From Escherichia phage JLBYU43, in sequence record NC_105512.1: a stretch of 64,000 bases of DNA; one strand, 5' to 3'. Within the stretch, counting starts at the first letter, position 1, and each line of letters opens with the position of its first letter. A program made the translations under genes and the position numbers. Positions 1-10,126 of the stretch are shown here, piece by piece. Under the pieces are notes generated by a model that searched no databases, was not told the origin of the DNA, and worked only from the letters and a program-made list of their open reading frames with translations.

Positions 1-124
1 GTGCAGTGGGTTGGGGGAGAATACTTAGTCTGCTAACCGCCACCCCCGTTACTATTACCTTGCTAACTGTTTCATCCTGTAACCATTATTTAATTACAGG
101 ATGAAACTATTTTATTTTTAATTG

Positions 125-859
125 TTAGGCAACTTTTAATTTCTCAATATATTGTTGCGGGCTGCAACTATATTCTGCGCGTTCTTCTTCGGTCATACCT
201 TCCCAGCATAATTTTAAACGGTCAGCTAGGAATTGATAATCATTATCATCGTCGAGAGATTCATCAATAAAGGTTTCACCTATCAATGCCACGCCGATTG
301 ATAGAATATCGTTAATGGCTTGCGCGTCCAGCGTTTTAAATCCGTATGATGCCGCCGCTGATAATACGCCTTTATGATCATCAATCATCGTAAAATCAGC
401 GTTCGGATATAACTGTTTAAACAGTTCAAAGTAATAGCTTTTGTACACTGCATCTTTACTATGATATATATCGCTAACCTTATCAGCTTTAAAATATTTA
501 TGCAGTGTATCACGGGAAAATACGCGAATATTGCTTTTATCACGACCGCGTAAACCTTGTTTGCGCAGGAAGTAATAATCTGATTTGCTCATTAGTCGAG
601 CGGTACAAATAATGTTTAAAGTATTTGCGTCATTCATGCACTGGCGCATGTATTCAACTAATGGTAATAATGTATCTTGCATTATTAAATGATGTTTGCA
701 GGCTTCATTTTTATATTTATTTAAATCTAAATTGCCCTCATTATCAAAGCAAGGCGCTACACGATGGAAAGAATTAATGATAGTGCCGTCTAAATCCCAA
801 ATCATGACGCGGGAAATATGCGGGAAGCTGCGGGAAATAGTCATAATAGCTTTATTCAT
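125..859 (-). CDS. dmp: 5'-deoxyribonucleotidase Dmp (HAD-like)
   Basis: 244 aa; N-terminal HAD motif I (WDLDGTI); size and position match my recollection of T5 Dmp; GGAG RBS. Confidence 0.8.
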   Translation of the reverse strand: MNKAIMTISRSFPHISRVMIWDLDGTIINSFHRVAPCFDNEGNLDLNKYKNEACKHHLIMQDTLLPLVEYMRQCMNDANTLNIICTARLMSKSDYYFLRKQGLRGRDKSNIRVFSRDTLHKYFKADKVSDIYHSKDAVYKSYYFELFKQLYPNADFTMIDDHKGVLSAAASYGFKTLDAQAINDILSIGVALIGETFIDESLDDDNDYQFLADRLKLCWEGMTEEERAEYSCSPQQYIEKLKVA

Positions 860-938
860 TTGTTACGTTCTCCATTTAAGGGATTAGATTAATTCAGCAT
901 TACCCGCTATTTATAAGCGGGTAATAATAAATTAACTA

Positions 939-1331
939 TTAAAGACCAAAAGCAAGAGCATCGGCGATAAAACTAATATCCTCGCCGGATACACTGGAAC
1001 GAATGCCAGCGCAGGTGTATACCTTTGCACTGGTCAATTGATCATCAAGGCAGGCGAGGCAAGGCGCGACTACTGCAAAAGCTAAACCGGATTTTACGGC
1101 GTCGATGATAATCGTTTCTTGTTTCATCGTGTCAACATAAACACCTTTTGCTTTAATATGGCTTGTTAGTTTGCCTTGCATATATGCAAACGTTGTTACC
1201 TGTAGCGCCTCGTTAAAGTCTAGCAGTTCATCAATAATATGACCCGATTCAACGTGATAACGCTCGCCATTAGAATAAACCAGAACAATGGAAGATTGAG
1301 CGCGATCGAATGGAATATTTTGCTTTTTCAT
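939..1331 (-). CDS. hypothetical pre-early protein
   Basis: 130-aa ORF with the conserved TAATCCCTTAA-GGAG leader upstream. Confidence 0.55.
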   Translation of the reverse strand: MKKQNIPFDRAQSSIVLVYSNGERYHVESGHIIDELLDFNEALQVTTFAYMQGKLTSHIKAKGVYVDTMKQETIIIDAVKSGLAFAVVAPCLACLDDQLTSAKVYTCAGIRSSVSGEDISFIADALAFGL

Positions 1332-1368
1332 AGTTATAAAACTCCAGATTATTTAATAAGGGATTAAT

Positions 1369-1659
1369 TTATTTAATTTCAATACTAGCTGAATGGTTAG
1401 TTAATTCAACTGGTACATTAAATGATTCTTGTGAAAGGGTGTAACAATCAATAGTGATAAGAGAATCACAACCGATAATTATTACCCCATTATAGGCCAT
1501 TACTATAAAATCCCCTTTCCTGATTGGGTAATCGGGATAATCGTAACAATCAGAGCAAGCGCGGTAAACATGGTTATTTAAATATGCGTCACTGATTGGA
1601 ATATCAGATAATAAAAGGGATTTAGGCGAAAAGTCATTAATAGGTAGTACAATATTCAT
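1369..1659 (-). CDS. hypothetical pre-early protein
   Basis: 96-aa ORF in the leftward pre-early gene array. Confidence 0.5.
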   Translation of the reverse strand: MNIVLPINDFSPKSLLLSDIPISDAYLNNHVYRACSDCYDYPDYPIRKGDFIVMAYNGVIIIGCDSLITIDCYTLSQESFNVPVELTNHSASIEIK

Positions 1660-1716
1660 TTGATTAACCTTTTATTAATGGCGGTATATTTCAACCGCTA
1701 GGATGTTAATTAGTTA

Positions 1717-3387
1717 TTATGCAAAGAATTTTCCATTCTTAAAGTCAATCAAAGTACGTTGCCCGTTTGCATATGTAATTAAATGCGTTTGCGTCCAGCT
1801 TGACGCGCCAACGTTGTAACCCATATCCAGACTACCAGCAACGCCCGCGGTATATACGCCACCGTAAATGCTTGCCGTATGCGTATGCCCCGTGTTTAAC
1901 TTGCCCAATTTCTTAAATTGCTTAGGATTACCACGGCTGCCGTTAATGCCGTTGTGACCATGTACGCCGCATTCAATGCCTGCAATCTTGAAAGATTGAT
2001 CAGTGGTCAGGAAAATGGCGTTAAATTCACAACCTGCAACATTACGCAAGGCATAATCTAGCACGTTAAACGTTTCGTCGTGTTCACCGATTGCCGCGTA
2101 AATAGCCGCATTCAGGCGGTGATATATTTCCGCGTTTGCGGGATCGTCCTTAATGTTAGCATTACGATCATCAAGCCAACGGGATAGCGCCAAATCGTGA
2201 TTCGATTCGACAATGATCGTTTGACTAAAATCACGTTCCATCGATTCCAGCACGCGCCCCGTATCGATAAGATCATCCAGAACTTTATCACGTCCGGCGG
2301 CATACTGTTTTGCTAGGAATACACCGGATGCGCGGTTATGATGATTGCGGGATGTAAAATCATGCACGTCATGCACAAACTGATATTTTGGTTTAAGAAT
2401 ATCCACAAGCCCATAAGTATCACCATGCCCCCAAGATGCGGCGGCGCACTCTTCATCTAATTTTTCGGCGTGAATATCACCATACTGCAAGCCTAAAACA
2501 TGCCCCGATGTCTCATAGCATCCGGCAGGAGTAGCGCACACATTCAGATCATAAAATACCCCGCTTTCGTCCATCGTTTCGAGCTGGCGTACAAAAAATT
2601 CGCCGTCGTCGTCAAATTCTACCAGCAAAGCGCCGTAATTATGCAGCGCCTCAGCTTTTTGACCTGCTTTCTGCTGAATATAGTTTTTAAGTGTAGCCGT
2701 TCCGGTGGAGTACATACGGCGCACTACTTCACCTTTTAACGCTGGCACACTTTCAGCGGTAATTTTTGCGTGACCAATTGCCAGCCCTTCAATATTTAAA
2801 GCGGTGGCAGTTTCTGCGAATCCTGAAAGCGGGTAGTCTGCCGTTGGTAATACGTTAATTTCAGCCATGAAAGCAAAACGGCGATTGTTTAAAAATACAT
2901 TTTTCTCGCAGATATATTTATCAAATGCGGAGTCATATTTGATTTTTTCGCCGCCTTCCCCGTTCTGGAAGCCGTTTTTATTATAAATATACTTAGAAAC
3001 AAGCAAATCGGCACCGATATATTCAGCGAATTTTTCCAGACTTGCTAAAAAGTTTTTATGCGGGAAAGTATTATTCTGAATCGACGTAATAATAAAACGT
3101 TTACCCTGTTTTACTTCCCATTGCTCAACCGTACTAGAAACAATCCCAGCCGCTTCGGGGCGCTCGTCGTTTTTAATGGCTTTTGCTACTTTTGCCGCTT
3201 TCGGTTTAGCTGGTTTGTTTGCTTCCAGCCAATCACAAATGGCGGTAGAATGTTTCGTTGTATCGTAGACTGCTTTTGATATATCGTCGCAGACCTCCAG
3301 TTTAGTAGCGCGCAGACGTTTACCATAAAAATTAAAGTCAGCGGCCATTTTCAGGATAACGGTTTGTTTTTCTGCGGAAATAATCAT
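1717..3387 (-). CDS. A1: A1 protein, metallophosphoesterase-like
   Basis: 556 aa, the size I recall for T5 A1; calcineurin-like motifs GDIH and SNHD; conserved leader and GGAG RBS. Confidence 0.8.
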   Translation of the reverse strand: MIISAEKQTVILKMAADFNFYGKRLRATKLEVCDDISKAVYDTTKHSTAICDWLEANKPAKPKAAKVAKAIKNDERPEAAGIVSSTVEQWEVKQGKRFIITSIQNNTFPHKNFLASLEKFAEYIGADLLVSKYIYNKNGFQNGEGGEKIKYDSAFDKYICEKNVFLNNRRFAFMAEINVLPTADYPLSGFAETATALNIEGLAIGHAKITAESVPALKGEVVRRMYSTGTATLKNYIQQKAGQKAEALHNYGALLVEFDDDGEFFVRQLETMDESGVFYDLNVCATPAGCYETSGHVLGLQYGDIHAEKLDEECAAASWGHGDTYGLVDILKPKYQFVHDVHDFTSRNHHNRASGVFLAKQYAAGRDKVLDDLIDTGRVLESMERDFSQTIIVESNHDLALSRWLDDRNANIKDDPANAEIYHRLNAAIYAAIGEHDETFNVLDYALRNVAGCEFNAIFLTTDQSFKIAGIECGVHGHNGINGSRGNPKQFKKLGKLNTGHTHTASIYGGVYTAGVAGSLDMGYNVGASSWTQTHLITYANGQRTLIDFKNGKFFA

Positions 3388-3478
3388 AGTAATAAAACTC
3401 CATTAAAGGGATTAGATTAATAATGGCAATATTGCCAAATATAACGCCTCAAATAATAGGCGTTATAATTTGCAATAT

Positions 3479-3676
3479 TTAACTAATAGGCATCAGGCTA
3501 GAACTAACACCACAAACAACGGCGGCAATAAAACAAAGTAAGCCTAACCGCTTTGCTAACTTAGATTTGCGTTTAAAATAATACGAATCTAGATCATTTT
3601 GAAAATAAGTGAACAATAATGAGGCCGCCATAATAAACAAGCCTAGAATCAAAGATTCAGTAGGGAAGAAAATCAT
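3479..3676 (-). CDS. small membrane protein
   Basis: 65 aa, two hydrophobic helices, conserved pre-early leader. Confidence 0.45.
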   Translation of the reverse strand: MIFFPTESLILGLFIMAASLLFTYFQNDLDSYYFKRKSKLAKRLGLLCFIAAVVCGVSSSLMPIS

Positions 3677-3732
3677 TTTTAAAACTCCTGATTTAAGGGA
3701 AATTAGTGGGGAGTATTCCCCACTAATTAAAT

Positions 3733-4140
3733 TTATTCACCTGCGGCCTGTTTTACTTCATCGGCAACGCCTAACAATTGCGCCACGGCTTCCAGCGTTT
3801 CAAGTTTTGCACTTTCCAGCGATGCCAGATCATCGGCGTCTTTGATAATGCCGGAATCGATAGCATGTTTAGCGATAACGCGCACATAGTGAGCTTTACG
3901 CACAGAGCTACCGCCGCCAACTTTACGCGGCTTATCGCTTTTTTGATAGGCTTTTGCACTGGTCAATTTTGACCGAACGGATACGGGAGAAGCCGCGCCT
4001 ACTGCTTTTGCAATCTCTTTTAAACCGTCGCTATTTGCGAAATCTAAACCGTTTTCATTGATTAACTGCTGGTACATAGAAACAGCTTTCTGAGTGTTTT
4101 CTTCGTTCCATGCGAATTTTGCGGTTTTTGCGTTAGTCAT
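3733..4140 (-). CDS. A2: A2-like DNA-binding protein
   Basis: 135 aa directly upstream of A1 with an HTH-like segment; the A2 assignment rests on size and position. Confidence 0.6.
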   Translation of the reverse strand: MTNAKTAKFAWNEENTQKAVSMYQQLINENGLDFANSDGLKEIAKAVGAASPVSVRSKLTSAKAYQKSDKPRKVGGGSSVRKAHYVRVIAKHAIDSGIIKDADDLASLESAKLETLEAVAQLLGVADEVKQAAGE

Positions 4141-4240
4141 GGTAAAAACTCCTATTAGTTTAATTTAAGGGATTAAATGATTAACTAATGTTAATCGTTA
4201 TATGCCCCGAACTACTGGGGCATATAAAGTTAACACTAAA

Positions 4241-4492
4241 TTATAAAACAGCTTCCCACTTTTCGTTACGTTGAACAACCTTTACAACGTCGCCAGATTT
4301 AACGCGAACGTTATAAATTGGCTTGCCGTTGTTACTGCGTTCCGTTTCAGCGTATACCGCTTCGATTGTATCGAACGGCATAAGCGCCGCACCTTTAATA
4401 CGTTCGGCTTTTCCGGTTAATTCATCCATTTTAGTAACGAAAGGAATGAAGACGGATTGACCAACTTTCGGCGCGGTAATAACGTTTTGCAT
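4241..4492 (-). CDS. hypothetical pre-early protein
   Basis: 83-aa ORF with GGAG RBS; a 10-bp stem / GAAA loop hairpin lies upstream at ~4527-4552. Confidence 0.5.
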   Translation of the reverse strand: MQNVITAPKVGQSVFIPFVTKMDELTGKAERIKGAALMPFDTIEAVYAETERSNNGKPIYNVRVKSGDVVKVVQRNEKWEAVL

Positions 4493-4719
4493 AGTATAAA
4501 CTCCTAGTTATTTGGGGATTGTTCCGCATTACCTGCTAGAAAGTAGCAGGTAATAAGTAACAATCCGCTCGCCAATATAATAAAGTTAAAGAACTCCACG
4601 TAGGCCGCTATATCCCAGTTAGGGGGCGGGATGCATTATGGTAAGCACCGACCGTCAAATTGTATCAAGTTATCGCTCTTGTCGAACTGGGTATATCTTA
4701 AAGCCTATCGGCTAGGGTG

Positions 4720-4923
4720 TCAAACTGTTTTTTGCAGTTTTTTATGATTTTCTTTCAGGTCAATCATAATGTTTCGCCAGATCATTTCTAAACCTTGCTG
4801 GCGACCTTTCTTGTACTGCTTGAATCGGTATTTTACCGATCTTTGCGCTACGGTCAACAAATTTTTTGTTTTGCTATCTAGTGCCTTGCTAGGCTTGCCA
4901 GTGATCAATAAAGTTTGTTTCAT
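4720..4923 (-). CDS. small basic protein inside an inverted-repeat-flanked segment
   Basis: 67-aa Lys/Arg-rich ORF bracketed by perfect 25-bp inverted repeats (4688-4712 / 4956-4980). Confidence 0.3.
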   Translation of the reverse strand: MKQTLLITGKPSKALDSKTKNLLTVAQRSVKYRFKQYKKGRQQGLEMIWRNIMIDLKENHKKLQKTV

Positions 4924-5492
4924 ATCGTCGATTCCTTATAGTAGATAAGTTTACCGCCGATAGGCTTTAAGATATACCCAATTTTTAAAGAGCGCGGCGG
5001 TAAACTTCCCGCCGTGTAGTTCGTCATTGCCGCCCTACGAGATAAATAATAGGGGATTCCCGAAAATGGCGCAACCTTATTTTTGTAAAGAAACGTAAAG
5101 ACACGATTCACCGCACCACGTCCGGCGACGGCCTAAAATTAAAAGAAACGGGCGCGCAAATACCACAAAACATAGCAGATAAGCAAGTAATTTTTTCATT
5201 TATATTTGCTTTGCCCTAATTGACAAAATCCAAAAAGCTCATGGCAGCGATAAACGGCTTATCCCTTTATGATTGGATGGCTAAAAACTTTATTGCGTTC
5301 TGGAGCGTTTTCTCACTGCTGCCCTTATTATAATAAAGCCTTGTGTACGCTTACAGGACGCTAGAAATAGAAAACGCGCGGCTATCATAAAATTAGACGC
5401 TAGGCAAGGAAAATAAAAAAGTAAAATAATCTTTGCCCCTAGAAAGAAAATACCTTTATCATTCTTCTACCGATTAACGAGGAGGCCAACAA

Positions 5493-5819
5493 ATGCGGCT
5501 ATATAAACCAGATAACGCAACCGTCTTAAAAGGTGCACTGCGTAACCTGCTGGATGGTAGCAGAACAACCAGCATCCGGCATTTTGTTTTCAATTTTGAA
5601 ACTATTCATCAAAACTTTTTTGATGAATATGACGCTCATAATATGAATAGTTTTCTACCGTTATATAAACAAGGGGCAACGCTTGTTTTGTATAATCAGG
5701 ATTATCAATTGCTCACTAGTCGGGGGCCGGATACTGATTTCATAATCGTAAAAGGCAACACAGTAAAAGCCTATGATACTGGGGCGGGCTTAGAAGTTTT
5801 TTTCAATAGAAAACTATGA
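5493..5819 (+). CDS. hypothetical protein
   Basis: 108-aa ORF, strong GAGGAGG RBS. Confidence 0.55.
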   Translation: MRLYKPDNATVLKGALRNLLDGSRTTSIRHFVFNFETIHQNFFDEYDAHNMNSFLPLYKQGATLVLYNQDYQLLTSRGPDTDFIIVKGNTVKAYDTGAGLEVFFNRKL

Positions 5820-6129
5820 AGCCAATGATAATGATCTTTATGACGTAGAAAATTTTCTTGATTCATTTTGGCGTTATTTATCAGTTGGCTGGAATCGGTC
5901 GGATTATGACGGGTATTGTTTTGCGGCTATAATGGCCTTCGATGATAACGGTAATTTTTTGCTACCGTCGGAACTATGCCCGTATGTTTATAATGATCTG
6001 ATACAGGAGGCCGGTTTTACTTTCTGGAAAGATGAGGATCAGATTATTAACAGTATAGAAAAACATGCTGTAAATTCTAACACTCAAAGCGTTATCACTC
6101 AAACTACTGAAAATAAAGGAAAAAACACT

Positions 6130-6486
6130 ATGACCAAGATCGCTAACATCGTTGCCGCCAATAAGTCTGCCGTTGTAAACGCTGCAAAACTGGAAGCGGG
6201 TAAAATTGCACTAACTCAAATCACGAAAGTAGCGGCTAAAAAAGCACCGTTCATGATCAAAGGTTATATCGATACGCCGATTGGTCGCGTAGTAATCGCT
6301 AACCTGCTGAGTGTAGTGGTTGACCAGTACGCCCCTAACAACCAAAAAGCGAAAGCGGTAGCAGGCGCGGCTATGGAAGCGGCAATGCTGGAAATGGTAC
6401 AGAGTTTCAATATTGCTGAAATGATCGATGAAATGGTAAAAGGTATTGACATTTCAACCTTTACCCAAAATGCTGAAAGCGAGTAA
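6130..6486 (+). CDS. hypothetical protein
   Basis: in-frame ATG with an AAGGA RBS inside track ORF 5932-6486; start uncertain. Confidence 0.4.
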   Translation: MTKIANIVAANKSAVVNAAKLEAGKIALTQITKVAAKKAPFMIKGYIDTPIGRVVIANLLSVVVDQYAPNNQKAKAVAGAAMEAAMLEMVQSFNIAEMIDEMVKGIDISTFTQNAESE

Positions 6487-6605
6487 TAATTAGTCTAATG
6501 TAAAGTTTTGTAAAGGTCGCCTATTATGGCGGCCTTTTTTGTTATAATGCCTTTACACCGAAACGGTGGATTGAAAATTTTCCCTGATTTCTAGGAGGCG
6601 TTAAA

Positions 6606-6833
6606 ATGGTACATTCATCATCTTCTGCAATTTTTAATGGTATGGAATGGGTATCCGTTCCCGCTATTATCAGCGTTATGGTTTCTGAATTTGGGATTGG
6701 TAAAACTTATGTTACCATTCAGGAGCTTTACGACAATGACAAGATTGATCAGCAAACAGCCGGATTTTTGCTGGATGAATTGAAAGCTAACTACTGCACC
6801 AAAAAGCAAGCGGTAAAAATTGTTTTAATGTAA
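6606..6833 (+). CDS. hypothetical protein
   Basis: 75 aa, AGGAGG RBS. Confidence 0.5.
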   Translation: MVHSSSSAIFNGMEWVSVPAIISVMVSEFGIGKTYVTIQELYDNDKIDQQTAGFLLDELKANYCTKKQAVKIVLM

Positions 6834-6879
6834 TTATTAAAGGGGATAATATATCCCCTAATTTCTAGGAGCTAATGAA

Positions 6880-7062
6880 ATGGTTATTTTTCGATCTATT
6901 CTGGCTAGTATCTTGGGCGCTATTTTATCGCTGTTTGTAATAGCTTTCGGTATTCAGGATTCCTATTGCGGTTTGGTAAACACAAAACCTATGGTTATTA
7001 TTGGAGCAGGTATCGCTGTATTTTCTTATCTGCTGGGCTGCATGACTAGTAAAGGAGAATAA
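6880..7062 (+). CDS. small membrane protein
   Basis: 60 aa, hydrophobic, AGGAG RBS. Confidence 0.5.
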   Translation: MVIFRSILASILGAILSLFVIAFGIQDSYCGLVNTKPMVIIGAGIAVFSYLLGCMTSKGE

Positions 7063-7064
7063 AA

Positions 7065-7277
7065 ATGATCCGCAACGTTTCTCTTGCACGTTCGAAAGGC
7101 TTTAAGCTGGTGGATGCTAACACGTTCGAGCGGGAAGATTGTAAAATCGAATATGTAGCACGTAATAAAAATGCCTTTCGTGTTACCGAGAAAAAATTTG
7201 ATAAGCGCGGCAACGTGATCCTTGAAACGGTTAGGCACTTTGCCACCTTTTACGCTGCATTTCGTGGGGTACTATGA
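7065..7277 (+). CDS. hypothetical protein
   Basis: 70 aa, AAGGAGA RBS. Confidence 0.45.
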   Translation: MIRNVSLARSKGFKLVDANTFEREDCKIEYVARNKNAFRVTEKKFDKRGNVILETVRHFATFYAAFRGVL

Positions 7278-7400
7278 AAAGCGTTATTGTTGTTCTCCTT
7301 GCAATGGCTGGCGGTTTTATCGCCACCTTATTTAAGAATGATCCCACTTCGTTGGGGATCTTTATGTTATTATCTGGCTATCTGATCGGGAGGTTATAAA

Positions 7401-7745
7401 ATGGTTATTTATGAGGGCAATCGTTTTGTTGCTAACTGCCGCCCGGCATTGTTAGCAAACTATTTGAACCAGCTTTCGCCAGCTTATAAGGGCGTTATTA
7501 ATATTTATGAGGGCAAGGCGCATTATAAAATTAATGCGGTCGTTGCCCGTGAACTAGCGTTTCAATTTTTAACCTTTGCAGCTTGCGACGTTCAGGTTAT
7601 GGGTGAGGCATTAATCGCAGAAAATGAAGATGATTTTATTAATATTTTTCGCAAGATATGCACCGAGCGCCTGATAATGAAAGGCGCATATATTCAATCC
7701 ACGGCTGATAGTATTGAAACAGCGTTTCGAAAAATAGGTAAATAA
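7401..7745 (+). CDS. hypothetical protein
   Basis: 114 aa, GGGAGG RBS. Confidence 0.5.
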   Translation: MVIYEGNRFVANCRPALLANYLNQLSPAYKGVINIYEGKAHYKINAVVARELAFQFLTFAACDVQVMGEALIAENEDDFINIFRKICTERLIMKGAYIQSTADSIETAFRKIGK

Positions 7746-8018
7746 TATGGCTGTTTATATTGCTTTGCTAGGATATGCGCTATCCCTTATTGCTGGTATG
7801 GTTACTTATAACATGATCGGCAATATTGTGTTACCCCTTGTTGTCTGCACTATCTTAGGTCAGTTTTGCGGAATGTTCGTTATGTATAAATTAATGCAAG
7901 GAAAATAATACTAATGAAACTATATATTTTCGTTGGTAATGCTGAGGCAGCTAATGATTCCGCTGGTGGCGGTAACGTTCGCCACTATTGGCAAAAATAT
8001 ATTTACTAGGGCGTTATT

Positions 8019-8222
8019 ATGAGCAATAAAATTGTTGTAACCAAAACTACTACGATGGTAGACGTTTTCTACGTGCCCGATACGCCGGAAAACCGACAAG
8101 CGGTTGAGCGTGGGGAGTATGATAAAGTGATTTATGATCACGATGGTTATTATCAGTATTTAGTGGATTCATATGGGGAGGAGGAAAAAATCACGCATCG
8201 ACTACCAGAGGAGGATTTATGA
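8019..8222 (+). CDS. hypothetical acidic protein
   Basis: 67-aa ORF. Confidence 0.45.
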   Translation: MSNKIVVTKTTTMVDVFYVPDTPENRQAVERGEYDKVIYDHDGYYQYLVDSYGEEEKITHRLPEEDL

Positions 8223-8375
8223 AACGATGGTTTAATCACTGGTATAAACGGTTTTTAGTACGCCGTCGCAAGTCTAGATATCAAGATGAGTGGCGGGAGT
8301 GGGCAAAGCGTAACGATTGCCCACTACTATAATAATCACGGGGCGCAACTCTCAGGGAGTGCCCCCGTTTCTCAA

Positions 8376-8396
8376 ATGAGAATCATTCTCATTTGA
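8376..8396. repeat. palindrome AAATGAGAAT-C-ATTCTCATTT
   Basis: perfect 10-bp inverted arms with a 1-nt centre; first member of a repeat family recurring to ~8910. Confidence 0.7.
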
Positions 8397-8616
8397 CCGC
8401 GCCCGCGATGGTTAGCCTGCTAATGGTTAGGGTGTTACGTGTCGCCTTGTGTGATCGTTAGCGAGCTAACTAATTTTCAAGCCTCCTCCAATTTTGCCCT
8501 TGTTTTAGTATCCCCACCAAAATTAAACGCGTTAGAATGCGATCTAGGACGTTTTAGCGGTATATTAGAATTATTCACTGCGTAGGAATACTGTATATTT
8601 ATACAGTAGGATAAGC

Positions 8617-8625
8617 TGTGGATAA
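8617..8625 (-). promoter_or_regulatory. DnaA box (TTATCCACA on minus strand)
   Basis: exact 9-mer TGTGGATAA read on plus strand. Confidence 0.6.
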
Positions 8626-8689
8626 GTCTGTTAATAACGCCTCAAAATGGCTAGGGTTTTATCAAGTCAAATCGTGCTGTTAATAAACC

Positions 8690-8698
8690 TGTGGATAA
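8690..8698 (-). promoter_or_regulatory. DnaA box (TTATCCACA on minus strand)
   Basis: second exact TGTGGATAA, 73 bp from the first, same orientation. Confidence 0.6.
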
Positions 8699-8719
8699 CT
8701 TAAATAACAGTGTTTCTCA

Positions 8720-8910
8720 CTTCCATTCTTAAATGCGAATCATTATCATTATCATTTGTATTTCACTTCCTAAATGAGAATCATTCCACTTTTTAACTGA
8801 GAATCACTCCACTTTTTAAATGATTCTCATTTCACTTTCTAAATGCGAATTACTATCATTCTCATTCCGCTTTTTAAATGAGAATGATTCTTATTTTTAT
8901 TCTCATTTAG
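8720..8910. repeat. array of AAATG(A/C)GAAT(C/G)ATT partial palindromes
   Basis: about 6 degenerate copies at ~20-35 bp spacing, several self-complementary. Confidence 0.6.
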
Positions 8911-8932
8911 CGCAGGGCAAATTGCCCTGCGC
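8910..8932. repeat. perfect 23-bp palindrome GCGCAGGGCAA-A-TTGCCCTGCGC
   Basis: exact 11-bp inverted arms around one central base. Confidence 0.75.
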
Positions 8933-8936
8933 TTTT

Positions 8937-9672
8937 GTGCAAATCCGACATTGCTCCACGGGTGTTACGTGCGGGCGTGTATGTGCGAATCCGACAATTT
9001 TTGGTAGTGTGCAAATCCGACCCCAAAATTTTTTATAGTGTGCAAATCCGACAATGAATTTTCCCAAAAACTCCAGCAATCTCGAACTGCGTTCGAATCC
9101 TGTGGAATATGTGCAAATCCGACATGGTTTTTCTAGGATTAAGATGTGCGAATCCGACAAGATTTTTGTGACTTCGATGAGAAGGTGTGTGATTGTGTGA
9201 GTTTGGGGAGAAGTTGAGAGAGCGAGAGAAAATTAGGGGAACTGCGAGAGGGGCAGCAGTGGTGGCGTGCAACGCCTGATTTGCTGCGTTTTTGGGGAAG
9301 AGTTGAGAAGATTTGGGTTAATTTGAGATTAGGGGAGATAAAGTAAAATTTTATTAGCAAAATGGGGCAAAATAGCTTGACAAGTGAAAATTTCTGTGGC
9401 TCTAAAAAACTCAGGCAATCATGGGCCTTCGGCCCGAAATAATGCTGCCATTTTCAATATCCATAGAAACTCTGGAGACCCCTATCAATGTGCAAATCCG
9501 ACCATAAATTTCTAGAAACACAATGTGCAAATCCGATAGTAATTTCTGGAAATGTGTTTTGGAAAAATGCCTTCTAGAAATAACCGCCCTCCCTATAACC
9601 GCCCTGTATAGGAAAACCGGCCTAGGATATGTGACGTTGAGAGAAACTGCCCTAGAACATGTGCAAATCCGA
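8937..9672 (+). repeat. iteron-like direct repeats GTGC(A/G)AATCCGA, 9 copies
   Basis: copies at 8937, 8983, 9009, 9040, 9111, 9146, 9490, 9525 and 9661, all in the same orientation, mostly as TGTGCAAATCCGACA. Confidence 0.8.
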
Positions 9673-10126
9673 TTTAAAGTTTAGTATAAACGCTAGAGTT
9701 AGTGTTTAACTATTTAACTATTCCTAGAAACTTAGGAGTCTACTAGAAAGTGTTGAGCCATCCTAGCAGATGAGCGGCAACTGAGTGTATCATCTTGAAC
9801 GTTAATTTACCTATTTGACAATATCAGTTTTTATGTAAGTATAAGATCCCCAGGGTTCTCATATAGAGCTTTGCCCCCGCCAGAAGGTCTCGTGATGTTT
9901 CTAGTAATCTTTATTAAATTACCTGTTGACTTGTCCTGTCGCTCCGTAACCTACGCTACAAGTCAGTAATTTAAGATTCCTGAACCACCACACCTTCTGT
10001 GTGGCAACTCTAAATGGTTAATTCTATTAACTCATAGAGTTATGATAACATACATTTAGCTATCTGTCAACGAGAGTTTGTATTATTGTCTCGGTACAGG
10101 TATTGTGCACCGAGACTTGCAAGATC

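Noticed and set aside
2112-2303. Short ORFs nested inside A1, nrd genes, the helicase-like gene and others (for example 2112-2303, 36404-36954, 49371-49712, 58591-58839)
   Set aside because: They are embedded in or antisense to long, well-supported genes and lack RBSs; typical six-frame noise.
8937-9672. Possible CRISPR array
   Set aside because: The repeat unit is only ~12-15 bp with irregular spacing (26-333 bp) and no associated cas genes; it fits an iteron/protein-binding array instead.
9825-10072. Promoter-like hexamers on both strands in the 9.7-10.1 kb spacer (TTGACA-17-AGTATA on plus; TTGACA-17-TATCAT on minus)
   Set aside because: The -10 elements are imperfect and no gene follows in either direction at a suitable distance; plausible but not supportable as called features.
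1-10100. Calling the first ~10 kb a terminal direct repeat
   Set aside because: T5-type genomes have a ~10 kb terminal repeat, but the second copy is outside this window, so the repeat boundary cannot be established from this sequence.
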